A stretch of 64,000 nt of DNA from a bacterium (GTDB lineage Bacteria; RBG-13-61-14; DATKZS01), in contig CAXXFL010000003.1 of the NCBI GenBank assembly GCA_963674965.2, positions 480,001-544,000 on the forward strand, read 5' to 3'. The notes under the pieces are model-generated. The model worked only from the letters and a program-made list of their open reading frames with translations. It made no database searches and had not been told where the DNA came from. Position 1 is the first letter of the stretch, and each line of letters starts with the position of its first letter. Below are positions 1-10,000 of this stretch, in pieces. The position numbers and the translations under genes are program-made.

Positions 1-494
1 ATACGCTATCAATAGTTATGACGATCGGTAGCCAAAACGAACCAAACCATATATTGATGATTTAACCATAAAACCAATCCGGACGGAGCGGCAAGCACCT
101 TTTTGTTGCCTTTATGATAGACCTCGCAAGTTCTAAAACGGGCCGTCATCTCGGTACGGGCGGTATTGAAAGCCTGAAAAAACCGCATGCCAAACGAGAG
201 GACTTCCATCACTCGATCCCGTCCGGGGCGGGTTAAGGCGCGCATGGAAGGATATGCCGGCGCAAAATTTGAGACATTACCATTTTTCCGACCCCTGAAA
301 AATTTGCGTAGCGGGTTCTTTCATATAAATATTCAATAAAATTGATAATTTCAAAATTACCAATCCAGGTCGTGCAATACGCCTCCAGGCCTGAATCGAT
401 CGGTTGTCCAGCCGGGAAGACATACCGGTTGAATGGCAAAATAAAATCTTTTAAAAACAATGCCTTAATATTATATCCGCCATAATCGCGCTAT

Positions 495-510
495 TGGCGC
501 TATTTTTGCT
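495..510 (+). promoter_or_regulatory. Putative sigma-54 (-24/-12) promoter upstream of giant surface protein 1
   Basis: TGGCGC-TATTT-TTGCT; GG(496-497)-N10-GC(508-509) matches the TGGCAC-N5-TTGCW consensus; lies in an AT-rich intergenic region ~260 nt upstream of the 769 start. Confidence 0.55.
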
Positions 511-768
511 TGATTATATCCGGGGGTTTATATCCGCTTGGCTTGTAAATTCAGGTCTAATAATTTATAATGACCTGGAAACCAAAGGAAAAGGACAATA
601 CCATGAAAGGTTGAATGTAAGAATCCGGGCAAGTAAAAATTCCGTTTTATCCCTTTACTAAAAGACGCGTTAGAAATTATTCCCCAGACGGCGATTAAGG
701 TTATTGTTCCATTTTGCAAGGCGGTTCCAGCCCATCGGCAACCGCGGCCAGTCGGGAGGTAAGCAGTT

Positions 769-3700
769 TTGAGACAAAGATGGAGTCCTATCGCGTGCGC
801 CATCGTGGTGGCCATTCTCTTTGCGCTGACTTTAAGCGCAAGACCCCGGGCGGCGAAATCCGCCGATGATATCGGGGCGCCCCCCCCGGTTCCCTTTTCC
901 GGCGGCCAGGGCGGCGACGTCCCGGACAAGGCCGGCTCGGGGGACGCCGACGGCGACGGCATGCCCGACTCCTGGGAGAACGCCTATTCCTGCGTCATGG
1001 CCAACACGGTGGACAACCTGGCCAATCCCGACGGGGACCTTTTCAACAACGCCTCCGAGTACGCCAACAACGGGGACCCCTGCGAGGCCAATACCGGCGA
1101 ATGCGCTGACGGCAAGGACAACAACGGCAACGGTTATATCGACCTTCTCGACCCCGGCTGCGACGACCTGATTGATCCCAGCGAGTATCCGTCCAACGCC
1201 TGCGCCAACGGAATTGACGACGACAGGGACGGCTTCACGGACTTGACCGATCCGGACTGCCTCGGCGAGGATGACGTGGCCGAGATGAAGCCCTTTCTCG
1301 CCGGGGAGTTGGAACTTCCCTCGCCCGCGTATGACGTTTTCATCTCCGGCGATTACGCCTTCGCGGCCAGCGGGGAAAGCGGGCTAATAATTCTGGATAT
1401 AAGTGACCCCCAAAGCCCCGCTCTGGCCGGATCGTACGATACCCATTTCGCCCAGGGCGTTTACGTCATGGGCGACCACGCCTACGTGGCCGACCATGAG
1501 GAAGGCCTGAAGATCATCGATATCTCGAACCCGCGAACCCCCAGCCTCGTGGGATCATACTACGCCTCGGGCCCGGCTTACGACGTTCACGTCTCGGGCG
1601 GCCTCGCCCTGGTGGCGGACTGGAATTTCGGCCTCCAGATAATCGACGTCTCCGACCCGGCCAACCCCGAGTTGGCGGGGACCCTCGATACTCCGGGACT
1701 GGCGCGCGGCGTCTTCGTCTCCGGCGGATACGCCTATCTGGCCGACGACGTCCTCGGCCTCCAGATAATCGACTTCTCCGACCCGGCCCACCCAAGGATA
1801 GTGGGAAGTTATAACTCCCCGGGCGCGGCCCACGAGGTCTACGTCTCGGGCGACCTCGCCTATCTGGCCGCCTGGGACTTCGGACTTAAGATACTGAACG
1901 TATCCAATCCGGAAAACCCCGTACCGGTCGGGGAATACCTTACCGAGGGAAACGCCTGGGACGCTTACGCCGCGGGCGGCTACGTCTTCGTGGCGGACGA
2001 CGTTTCAGGACTGAATATTATCGCCGCCGCCAACCCGGCCACGCCGACCCTGGCGGGAAAATTCCCCGCGGACGGGACTTACGGGGTCTTCGTTTCCGGT
2101 GATTTCGCCTATCTGACCGGCGCCTCCCCCGCTTTCCAGGCCGTGGACGTCAACGCCCTGGACGTCGATGGAGATCAGGCGCCCAACCACTGGGAGCTGT
2201 TTTATAAATGCCTTGGCGGCTGGACCGCCGACGGGTCCCTTGACGAGGACTCGGACGGACTGACCAACCTGGAGGAATACCTCGCCAACCTCGACCCTTG
2301 CCATCCCGACACCGACGGAGGGTTCGAGGACGACGGCGGCGAGGTATCCTCCGGCCGCAAACCTCTCGATTCTCGCGACGACCTGTTCATTGACGCCGAC
2401 GCGGACGGCATGGCCGACTCGTGGGAAAACTCCCATCCCTGCGTGGCCGCGGGGGAGGACGACGGCTCGGCCAACCCGGACCAGGACCTCTGGAGCAACC
2501 TGGACGAGTTCCTGCACGACGGCGACCCGTGCGAGCCCAACGCCGGCGAATGCGCGGACGGTCTGGACAACGACGGCGACGGCTTGATCGATTGTCTTGA
2601 TCCCGGATGCGTGGACCTTGGCGACGCCGGCGAAAGGGGAACCAACGCTTGCGACGATGGAATCGATAACGACCATGACGAACTGGTCGATTATCCTTTC
2701 GACCCGGACTGCTCGGGACCCGAGGACGTGGCCGAACTGAAACCCACGCTCGAGGGCGCGCTCGACTCCCATCGGGCGCTGGGCGTGACCGTCTCGGGCG
2801 ATTACGCTTACCTGGCCGACCATGACGGCGGCCTCAAGATCATCGACGTCTCCGACCCAGCCGCCCCCTTCACGGCCGGCCAATACGGGACCGGCGTGGC
2901 CGTCATGGACGTCTTCGTCTCCGGCGGTTACGCGTATTTGGCCGCGGACGACGAGGGACTGCTGATCATCGACGTCTCCAATCCGGCCGTCCCTTCAATG
3001 GTCGGATCACTCGACTCCGGCGGTAGCGCCGGCGGAGTATACGTCGTGGGCGATTACGCCTACCTGGCGGCTGGAGAATCGGGCCTTTTGGTCATGGACG
3101 TCTCCGATCCGGCCGCCCCGCGTCTCGTCGGGCCCCACCAGACGGCGGGGCCAGCGAGCGCGATCCACGCCTCCGGGGCTTACGCTTACGTGACGGACGA
3201 CGAGGGCCTCCGGATTATCGACGTCTCCGACCCGGCCCATCCCATTCTTTTAGGGTCCAGTGAAGCCGATCGGCCTAACGACGTTTTCGTCTCCGGCGAC
3301 TACGCCTACCTGGCCGACCATGAGGCCGGGCTTAAGATTATCGACGTCTCCGACCCGGCCCATCCAGTCCCGGCCGGCTCTTTCGAGACGACCTCGGCCG
3401 CCTATGGGGTCCACCTTTCCGGATACCTGGCGCTGGTGGCGGACGACGAGTCGGGACTCCTCGTCGTCAACGTCTCCGACCCGGAAAATCCCCGCCTCGC
3501 CGGGGCCTACGAGACGAAATGGGCCTCCGCCCGGGCGGTCCACCTGGCCGGCGGGCGCGCCTACGTCGCTTACCGCGGCGAAGGACTTTTCATATTCGAT
3601 CTTAACCTGACCGACACCGATGGAGACGGCCTTCCCAACCATATGGAATCCTTCCGCGACTGCCTTGACCCCTGGACCGCGGACGGCCAGATGGACAATG

Positions 3701-6700
3701 ACGCGGATGGAATCGCCAACCTCGAGGAGTACGCCGCCGGACTCGACCCCTGCGACCCGGACACCGACGGCGGCGGGGAGACCGACGGAAGCGAGAAGGT
3801 ATACGGGCGCGACCCGAAAGACCCCTCCGACGACGAGTCCGACCAGGACGGCGACGGCATGATCGACGCCTGGGAAAACTACCATGCCTGCATGAATTCG
3901 AGCGCCGCCGACGCCGCGGCCGACCATGACGCCGACGGCTTGAATAACCTCATGGAGTACTTTGCCCGTTCCAATCCCTGCGACCCGGACACGGACGGCG
4001 ACGGGATGGACGACGGATGGGAATTCTCGTACCAGTGCGTTGACCTCCTTTTCGGCGATTCCGCTCTGGACGCCGATGAGGACGGTCTTAGCGGGCTCGA
4101 TGAATATAAGGCCGGTACCGACCCCTGCGACCGCGACACCGACGGCGACGATTATGAGGACGGCTTTGACCTGGACCCCCTTGACCCGTTCCTGAACCGA
4201 TACGCGGCCGAGGTGAGGCCGGCCGATGGCCAGAGGCGATGGGTCGAGGTGGGCGACAGCCTGGGCGTGGCCTTCCAGGTTTACGACCAGAAGGGGGCGC
4301 TTTTCGAGGAGGACGACTCGAGCCGGTTCACGCTTTCGGTCGGCGGCTCGGCCATCTTCTCCGATACGGCCCGCGTCGGGAGCGTAGTAAGCGGTGGCGG
4401 CTCGAGCCAGGTCCTGGTCCGGGCCTCGGGCGGAGTGGTGAGCGTGGGCGTTTCCGATCGGGCGGCGGAGCGAGTTCCTCTCACCGCCCTGGACACGGAA
4501 GCACTCGGGTTCTACGCGCCCGCGACCGAGACCCACTCGGATACCATATCGGCCAGCTACTCTAACTCAAGGGGCGGTGAAAGGTTCCGAGGCAACGTGT
4601 TTTCCGTGACCACCTCGACCCCGCTCACGGCGTATTCCATCTATCTGGACAACGAAAACGACAATACCATGCACTTCCTGGTCTACGAGTCCGATAGCGC
4701 CACCGGACCGTGGGACCTGGTCTTCCGCGAGATACGACACTTCCCGGGAGGCGACGAGCACTGGTATTCCATCGAGGACGTCAACGTTATTCTCCGGGCT
4801 GGAAAATATTACGCCGTCGGCGCCTGGTGGGAGAGCGTGGTCAACTACTATATTTCCAGGTCTTCGGCCGCTCCCTCCTTTGGATCGGTCCTCAACGGAT
4901 GCTACCTGGACAGTGAGGTCCCCCTGGCTGAAGACCCGACCTTCAATACTTACGTCAACTATTACTACCAGGTCCTTACCACCTCCAGCCAACTGCAGAT
5001 CGATTTTCTGGACCCCGAGGCCGACGCGGACGGCGACGGCATGGCCGACGGGTGGGAGGACCTGTACGATTGCGTGGACTCCATGGCCGGCGACTCGGCC
5101 CTGGACCCGGACGGCGACGGCGCGAAAAACCTCGAGGAAAGCGAGCTGGGCTCGGACCCTTGCGATCCCGACACGGACGGAGACGATTATGAGGACGGCC
5201 TTGACCTCGATCCTCTTGACCCGGCCGTCAACAAATACGCGGCCGAGGTCAGGCTGGCCGAGGACCAGAGAAGATGGGTCGCGGTCGGCGACTGGCTGGG
5301 CGTTACCTTCGAGGTTTACGACCAGAAGGGCCGGCTTTTCGAGGAGGACGACTCGAGCGCTTTCACCCTGTCGGTGGATGGATCGGCCGTCTTCGCCGGC
5401 GAGGCAAAAGTCGGAAACCTGATAAGCGGGGGCGGCGGGGCTCAGGCACTGGTCCAGGTATCGGGAGGAATGGTTACCATCGAATTGTCCGGCTCGACCG
5501 TGGAGCGCGTAATCCTTTCCGCCATCGACGGCGAGGGCCTGGGCGCGGCCATGCCCGCGGCCGAAATATCGGTCGACGCCATCTCGACCGACAACTCCAA
5601 CTCCCGCGGGGGCGCGAGGTTCAGAGGAAACGTTTTCCACGTGACCGCCTCGACCCTGCTCACGGAGTATTCCATTTACCTGGATAACGAAAACGAAAAT
5701 ACCATGCACTTCCTGGTCTACGAGTCGGACGGGGCCGGCGGGCCATGGAGCGTGGTACTCCGGGAAATAAAAAGCTTCCCGGGAGGAGACGAGCACTGGT
5801 ATTCCTCCGGCCCGGTCCGGGTCATTCTCAAGGCGGGAAAATATTACGCCGTCGGCGCCTGGTGGGAGAGCGTGGTCAATTACTACATCAGCCCATCCTC
5901 GGCCCCGCCCGCCTTCGGTTCGGTCCTGAACGGATGTTACCTTGACGGCGAAACTCCCACCTCGGACAACCCTACCTTCAATACCTACGCGAACTTTTAT
6001 TATCAGGTCCTCACCACGAGCGACGAGATCGTAATCGACGTCATCGACGCCTCATTGGACGGCGACGGCGACGGGCTTTCCGACGCCGAGGAGCGCGAGT
6101 TGGGCACGGACCCCGCGCGCTGGGACACGGACGGGGACGCGCTGCCGGACGGCTTCGAGGAGGACAACTCGATCGGACGCGGCTCCAATGGTCTGGACCC
6201 ACTGTCCGCCGCGGACGGACTCGAGGCCGACTTTGACGGCGATGGGATCGAGAACTCCCACGAGTACTATAACGGGACTGACCTCTGGGAGGCCGACGTC
6301 ACCGGCGGCGCGTCCTGCTACAGTTGGGGAGACTCGGGAAACACCGTCGAGGCGGACGGAATAATTTCGCCCCTCGACGTCAACAGGCTCTCCAACAGAA
6401 TAATAGGAATGAACGTGTCTTATACCGGCGTTCTCCCACCCAACGGCGACAGCCAGAAACTGATGGGAAACCCCGCCGGCGTGTCCCCCCTCGACCTCAA
6501 CCTGATCAAGGCCATGGCCGGAGGAAACGAGACATACACCACTCCCACCATACCGACCGACCTCATCGTGGACGGCTCCACTTTACGGAGCGTGGCCGAC
6601 GGATCGACCACGCGGGTGACCGTGAGCGTTGTCAACTCCTCGGCCATCGGTTACTCGTCCTCCTTCGGCGTGGTCTTCGAGATCGACCCGGCCTCGACCG

Positions 6701-6924
6701 GATCGGCCACCCTCCTCGGCGGGGAGGGCCCGAGCGGGACGGGCCGTTACGACGTGTCCGGCGCCATGGACTCGGGCGGCCTCTCGTCCATCGTCGTCCG
6801 GGTGGATTCTCCCGGCACGATCTACATAAACGCGACGGTCCCGCCTTGCGGCGACCAGTCGGGCAAGGGGAGGTATTGTCCCGAGGTGGCCAGGACCCCG
6901 GCGGTGACCATCGTGGGGCAATAA
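769..6924 (+). CDS. Giant secreted/surface Ca-binding protein 1 (2051 aa): LVIVD repeats, DxDxDG repeats, duplicated beta-rich module, dockerin-like + Ig-like C-terminus
   Basis: GGAGG RBS before TTG start; N-terminal signal peptide; two blocks of YAYLAD..GL.IIDVSDP (LVIVD) repeats; many D-x-D-G-D-G-M-x-D-x-W-E and C-x-D-G-x-D-N-D-x-D-G repeats; C-terminus shared with the next gene. Confidence 0.9.
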   Translation: MRQRWSPIACAIVVAILFALTLSARPRAAKSADDIGAPPPVPFSGGQGGDVPDKAGSGDADGDGMPDSWENAYSCVMANTVDNLANPDGDLFNNASEYANNGDPCEANTGECADGKDNNGNGYIDLLDPGCDDLIDPSEYPSNACANGIDDDRDGFTDLTDPDCLGEDDVAEMKPFLAGELELPSPAYDVFISGDYAFAASGESGLIILDISDPQSPALAGSYDTHFAQGVYVMGDHAYVADHEEGLKIIDISNPRTPSLVGSYYASGPAYDVHVSGGLALVADWNFGLQIIDVSDPANPELAGTLDTPGLARGVFVSGGYAYLADDVLGLQIIDFSDPAHPRIVGSYNSPGAAHEVYVSGDLAYLAAWDFGLKILNVSNPENPVPVGEYLTEGNAWDAYAAGGYVFVADDVSGLNIIAAANPATPTLAGKFPADGTYGVFVSGDFAYLTGASPAFQAVDVNALDVDGDQAPNHWELFYKCLGGWTADGSLDEDSDGLTNLEEYLANLDPCHPDTDGGFEDDGGEVSSGRKPLDSRDDLFIDADADGMADSWENSHPCVAAGEDDGSANPDQDLWSNLDEFLHDGDPCEPNAGECADGLDNDGDGLIDCLDPGCVDLGDAGERGTNACDDGIDNDHDELVDYPFDPDCSGPEDVAELKPTLEGALDSHRALGVTVSGDYAYLADHDGGLKIIDVSDPAAPFTAGQYGTGVAVMDVFVSGGYAYLAADDEGLLIIDVSNPAVPSMVGSLDSGGSAGGVYVVGDYAYLAAGESGLLVMDVSDPAAPRLVGPHQTAGPASAIHASGAYAYVTDDEGLRIIDVSDPAHPILLGSSEADRPNDVFVSGDYAYLADHEAGLKIIDVSDPAHPVPAGSFETTSAAYGVHLSGYLALVADDESGLLVVNVSDPENPRLAGAYETKWASARAVHLAGGRAYVAYRGEGLFIFDLNLTDTDGDGLPNHMESFRDCLDPWTADGQMDNDADGIANLEEYAAGLDPCDPDTDGGGETDGSEKVYGRDPKDPSDDESDQDGDGMIDAWENYHACMNSSAADAAADHDADGLNNLMEYFARSNPCDPDTDGDGMDDGWEFSYQCVDLLFGDSALDADEDGLSGLDEYKAGTDPCDRDTDGDDYEDGFDLDPLDPFLNRYAAEVRPADGQRRWVEVGDSLGVAFQVYDQKGALFEEDDSSRFTLSVGGSAIFSDTARVGSVVSGGGSSQVLVRASGGVVSVGVSDRAAERVPLTALDTEALGFYAPATETHSDTISASYSNSRGGERFRGNVFSVTTSTPLTAYSIYLDNENDNTMHFLVYESDSATGPWDLVFREIRHFPGGDEHWYSIEDVNVILRAGKYYAVGAWWESVVNYYISRSSAAPSFGSVLNGCYLDSEVPLAEDPTFNTYVNYYYQVLTTSSQLQIDFLDPEADADGDGMADGWEDLYDCVDSMAGDSALDPDGDGAKNLEESELGSDPCDPDTDGDDYEDGLDLDPLDPAVNKYAAEVRLAEDQRRWVAVGDWLGVTFEVYDQKGRLFEEDDSSAFTLSVDGSAVFAGEAKVGNLISGGGGAQALVQVSGGMVTIELSGSTVERVILSAIDGEGLGAAMPAAEISVDAISTDNSNSRGGARFRGNVFHVTASTLLTEYSIYLDNENENTMHFLVYESDGAGGPWSVVLREIKSFPGGDEHWYSSGPVRVILKAGKYYAVGAWWESVVNYYISPSSAPPAFGSVLNGCYLDGETPTSDNPTFNTYANFYYQVLTTSDEIVIDVIDASLDGDGDGLSDAEERELGTDPARWDTDGDALPDGFEEDNSIGRGSNGLDPLSAADGLEADFDGDGIENSHEYYNGTDLWEADVTGGASCYSWGDSGNTVEADGIISPLDVNRLSNRIIGMNVSYTGVLPPNGDSQKLMGNPAGVSPLDLNLIKAMAGGNETYTTPTIPTDLIVDGSTLRSVADGSTTRVTVSVVNSSAIGYSSSFGVVFEIDPASTGSATLLGGEGPSGTGRYDVSGAMDSGGLSSIVVRVDSPGTIYINATVPPCGDQSGKGRYCPEVARTPAVTIVGQ
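4126..6018 (+). repeat. Internal duplication of a 345-aa module in giant protein 1
   Basis: CD.DTDGDDYEDG..LDP..N.YAAEVR...YYQVLTTS occurs starting at 4126 and at 5161 (offset 1035 bp). Confidence 0.9.
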
Positions 6925-6942
6925 AATGGGGCAAGAAAATGA

Positions 6943-6971
6943 TTGACTTGATAAAAGGCGTTGAATATTAT
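6943..6971 (+). promoter_or_regulatory. Putative sigma-70 promoter for giant protein 2
   Basis: TTGACT-17 nt-TATTAT in the 100-bp intergenic gap; GGGAGG RBS before ATG 7027. Confidence 0.6.
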
Positions 6972-7026
6972 AAATAGCGTAAACTTCCATTCCAAGACTT
7001 AGCGTGACCCAACGCGGGAGGCAGAA

Positions 7027-10000
7027 ATGAAAAACGGCGCGAGACGAGAATCGGGGCGAAAAGCCTTCGGACTTATTCCCTTACTCCTTACCTTTGCACT
7101 TCTTGTCATACTCTTTCCCCGGGCGGCCCTTTCCCTTCCGCCCTGGCAGGGCCCGAACGTGATCCATCCCGGCGTTTCAGTATGTGACGCGGGCTTTTAT
7201 AAAAACCCGACTATCGGGGTGGCTGAGGATTCGGAAGGGAACCTCCACGCGGTCTGGTATGACTGCGATTCCGAGAGGGAAAATACTCACGTTTACTACT
7301 CGAGGAAGGACGCCGCGGGCTGGAGCGCCCCGGAGGCCGTGACCCCGGCCCCGGCCGACACGGAAGAACTCGCGAACCTCCGGATCGACGTGGATGGAAA
7401 CGGCCGGCCGGTGGTCATGTGGTCGATAGGCAGCGTTTATCAAACGGTGGATAGCAGCGTTTTCCGCGTGAAGACCATTTCCGGATGGACCGCGGGTCCC
7501 GACGAGATAAGTTGCCTTGTTTCAGACTTCGCGGTATCGAACGGAAACACGGTTTACGCCGCGGCGGGAGATTTCTCAATGTACGCGCTTTACTGGAACG
7601 GAAGTCAGTGGGTCCAAATACCAGGACTCGAATTGGCGGCCGGAATGCATCCTTGGTCTGGTACGCCCGCGAGCTATGGGATCGACGTGACCGACGACGG
7701 TTTCCTGCATTTGGCTTATATATACTCGCGTACTCCAAACTATCTTCGTTACTATCGATGGCGTTCGGACACGGGTTGGGAATCCAGTTACGTATTGAGC
7801 GTCGGCGACAGTTCTTGTTTCCCTTTATTGGCTCAAAGCAAGATACAAGTGGATGAGACGGGCATCGCATGGATGTTGTCCTATACTGAATGTACTATGG
7901 GTCTTGGAGGGGATTATTATCACGGCCTCGTCAGCGGCAACTCTCCGGGTATTCCCACGACCTGGACCAATCGGACAACGTCCGTTGGATCCAACATTTG
8001 GGCTTCCGACGTCGCCGTCGGCCCTAACGGGAGCGCCGCGCTTTCGGTGGGCTCGCAGGTCACTTTTTATCTTGAGGACGGGACTCATTCCTCCTCCCCC
8101 GCCTCCGGCCTGCAAGGCACGCAAGCGCTATTCGTCGGAGGCGGCTACCACTTGGTGGCCGGCTCCGGCCAGGGGATCGTGGAGTATTATATGCCCGTAC
8201 TGGACGCTGACGCTGACGGCATGCTCGACGATTGGGAAAATACCTATTCCTGCGTGATGGCCAACACGGTGGACGACGAGGCCAATCCCGACGGGGACGC
8301 CTATACCAACCTCGAGGAATTTATTAATAACGGCGATCCCTGCTCCGTTGCCGAGTGTAGCGACGGAACTGACAACGACGGCGATACGTACGCGGACCTC
8401 CTGGACCCGGGCTGTGACGATCTCTCGGACAATGACGAATTAGGCGCGGTTATGTGCGACAACGGGATCGACGACGATGGGGACGGCTACACCGACTATC
8501 CAGACGATTTTAATTGCACCTCTCCGGCCTACGCTTCCGAACGCGTAAATATTTCTCCCCAGTTCGTGGGGTCCGAAAACACGTCGTATTACGCCTTGGA
8601 CGTGGTCGTCTCGGATGGATACGCCTATGTCGCGGATGGTTCATGGGGCCTCCGCGTCATTGATATATCGAGTCCCGAAAGTCCGTCGCTGGTTGCAACT
8701 TACGACACGGACTACGCGCGAGGCGTCAAAGTCAAAGGCAATTACGCTTACGTGGCTGAGGGGTACGTTGGGCTCCGGATCATCGACGTCAGCGCTCCCG
8801 CAAGTCCGTCACTGGTCGCCACCTACGGAACCGGGGACGCGCGAGGCGTTTACGTAGCTGGTAACTACGCCTACGTGGCCGATTACGACGGCCTGAGGAT
8901 TATCGACGTAACCGACCCGGCAACTCCAAGTCTCGTCGGCGCGTATGAATCTTATTCCGCTAGCTCCGTTCACGTCATGGGCGAATACGCCTACTTGGCC
9001 AAGGATTTCGGCCTCCAAGTCATTGGCGTTTCCAACCCGGCCGGCCCGTCCCTGGTCGGATCCTATAACACTCCCCTTTTTTCTCCAAAGGGGATTTACG
9101 CGTCCGGAAATTACGCCTACCTGGTCTGTGGCTCGAAAGGCCTTCAAATCTTCGACGTATCCAACCCCGCCGCCCCGACCCTCGTCGGCTCCTACGACAC
9201 CAGCGGCGAGGCATATGACGTGCACGTCGAGGAAGGTCTCGCTTTCGTGGCGGACGACTCTTCCGGCCTGCTGATTTTCGACGTATTCAACCCGGCCAAC
9301 CCGGCGTTAGTGGCTTCCTACAATACGCCTGGTCAATCGCGGGGGGTCTATTTCTCGGCCGGCTACGCTTACGTGGCTGACTACCACGAAGGGCTTCAAA
9401 TCATTTTTATCGACGGATGGGATACCGATGGAGACGGCATGCCCGACGATTGGGAGAACGCCTATTCCTGCATGATGGCCTACACGGTGGACGGCGGCGT
9501 TGATTACGACGTGGACGGTCTCACCAACCTCGAGGAGTACCATCTCGACTTCGACCCCTGCGACCCGGACATGGACGAAGACGGAGACCTCGACGGCGCG
9601 GATAATTGCCCTTTAATCTCCAACGCGGGCCAGGAAAACGCCGACGGAGACTCCCTGGGTAACGCCTGCGACGACTGCCCCTACGACCCCGACAATGACG
9701 CGGACGCGGACGGAGTATGCGGAGACGCGGACAACTGCCCGGTACTCTACAATCCGAACCAGTCCAACCTGGACGGAGACTCCCTTGGAGACCTCTGCGA
9801 CGACGACGACGACAATGACGGCGTGAGCGACGGCGCGGACAACTGCCCGGCCCTTTCCAACCCCGGCCAGGAAAACGCCGACGGCGACTCCCTGGGCGAC
9901 GCCTGCGACGATTGCCCCTACGACCCCGACAATGACGCGGACGCGGACGCAGTATGCGGAGACGTGGACAACTGCCCGGTACTCTACAATCCGAACCAGT

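Noticed and set aside
520-768. c-di-GMP or other riboswitch in the adhesin leader
   Set aside because: GEMM-type conserved elements could not be matched by eye
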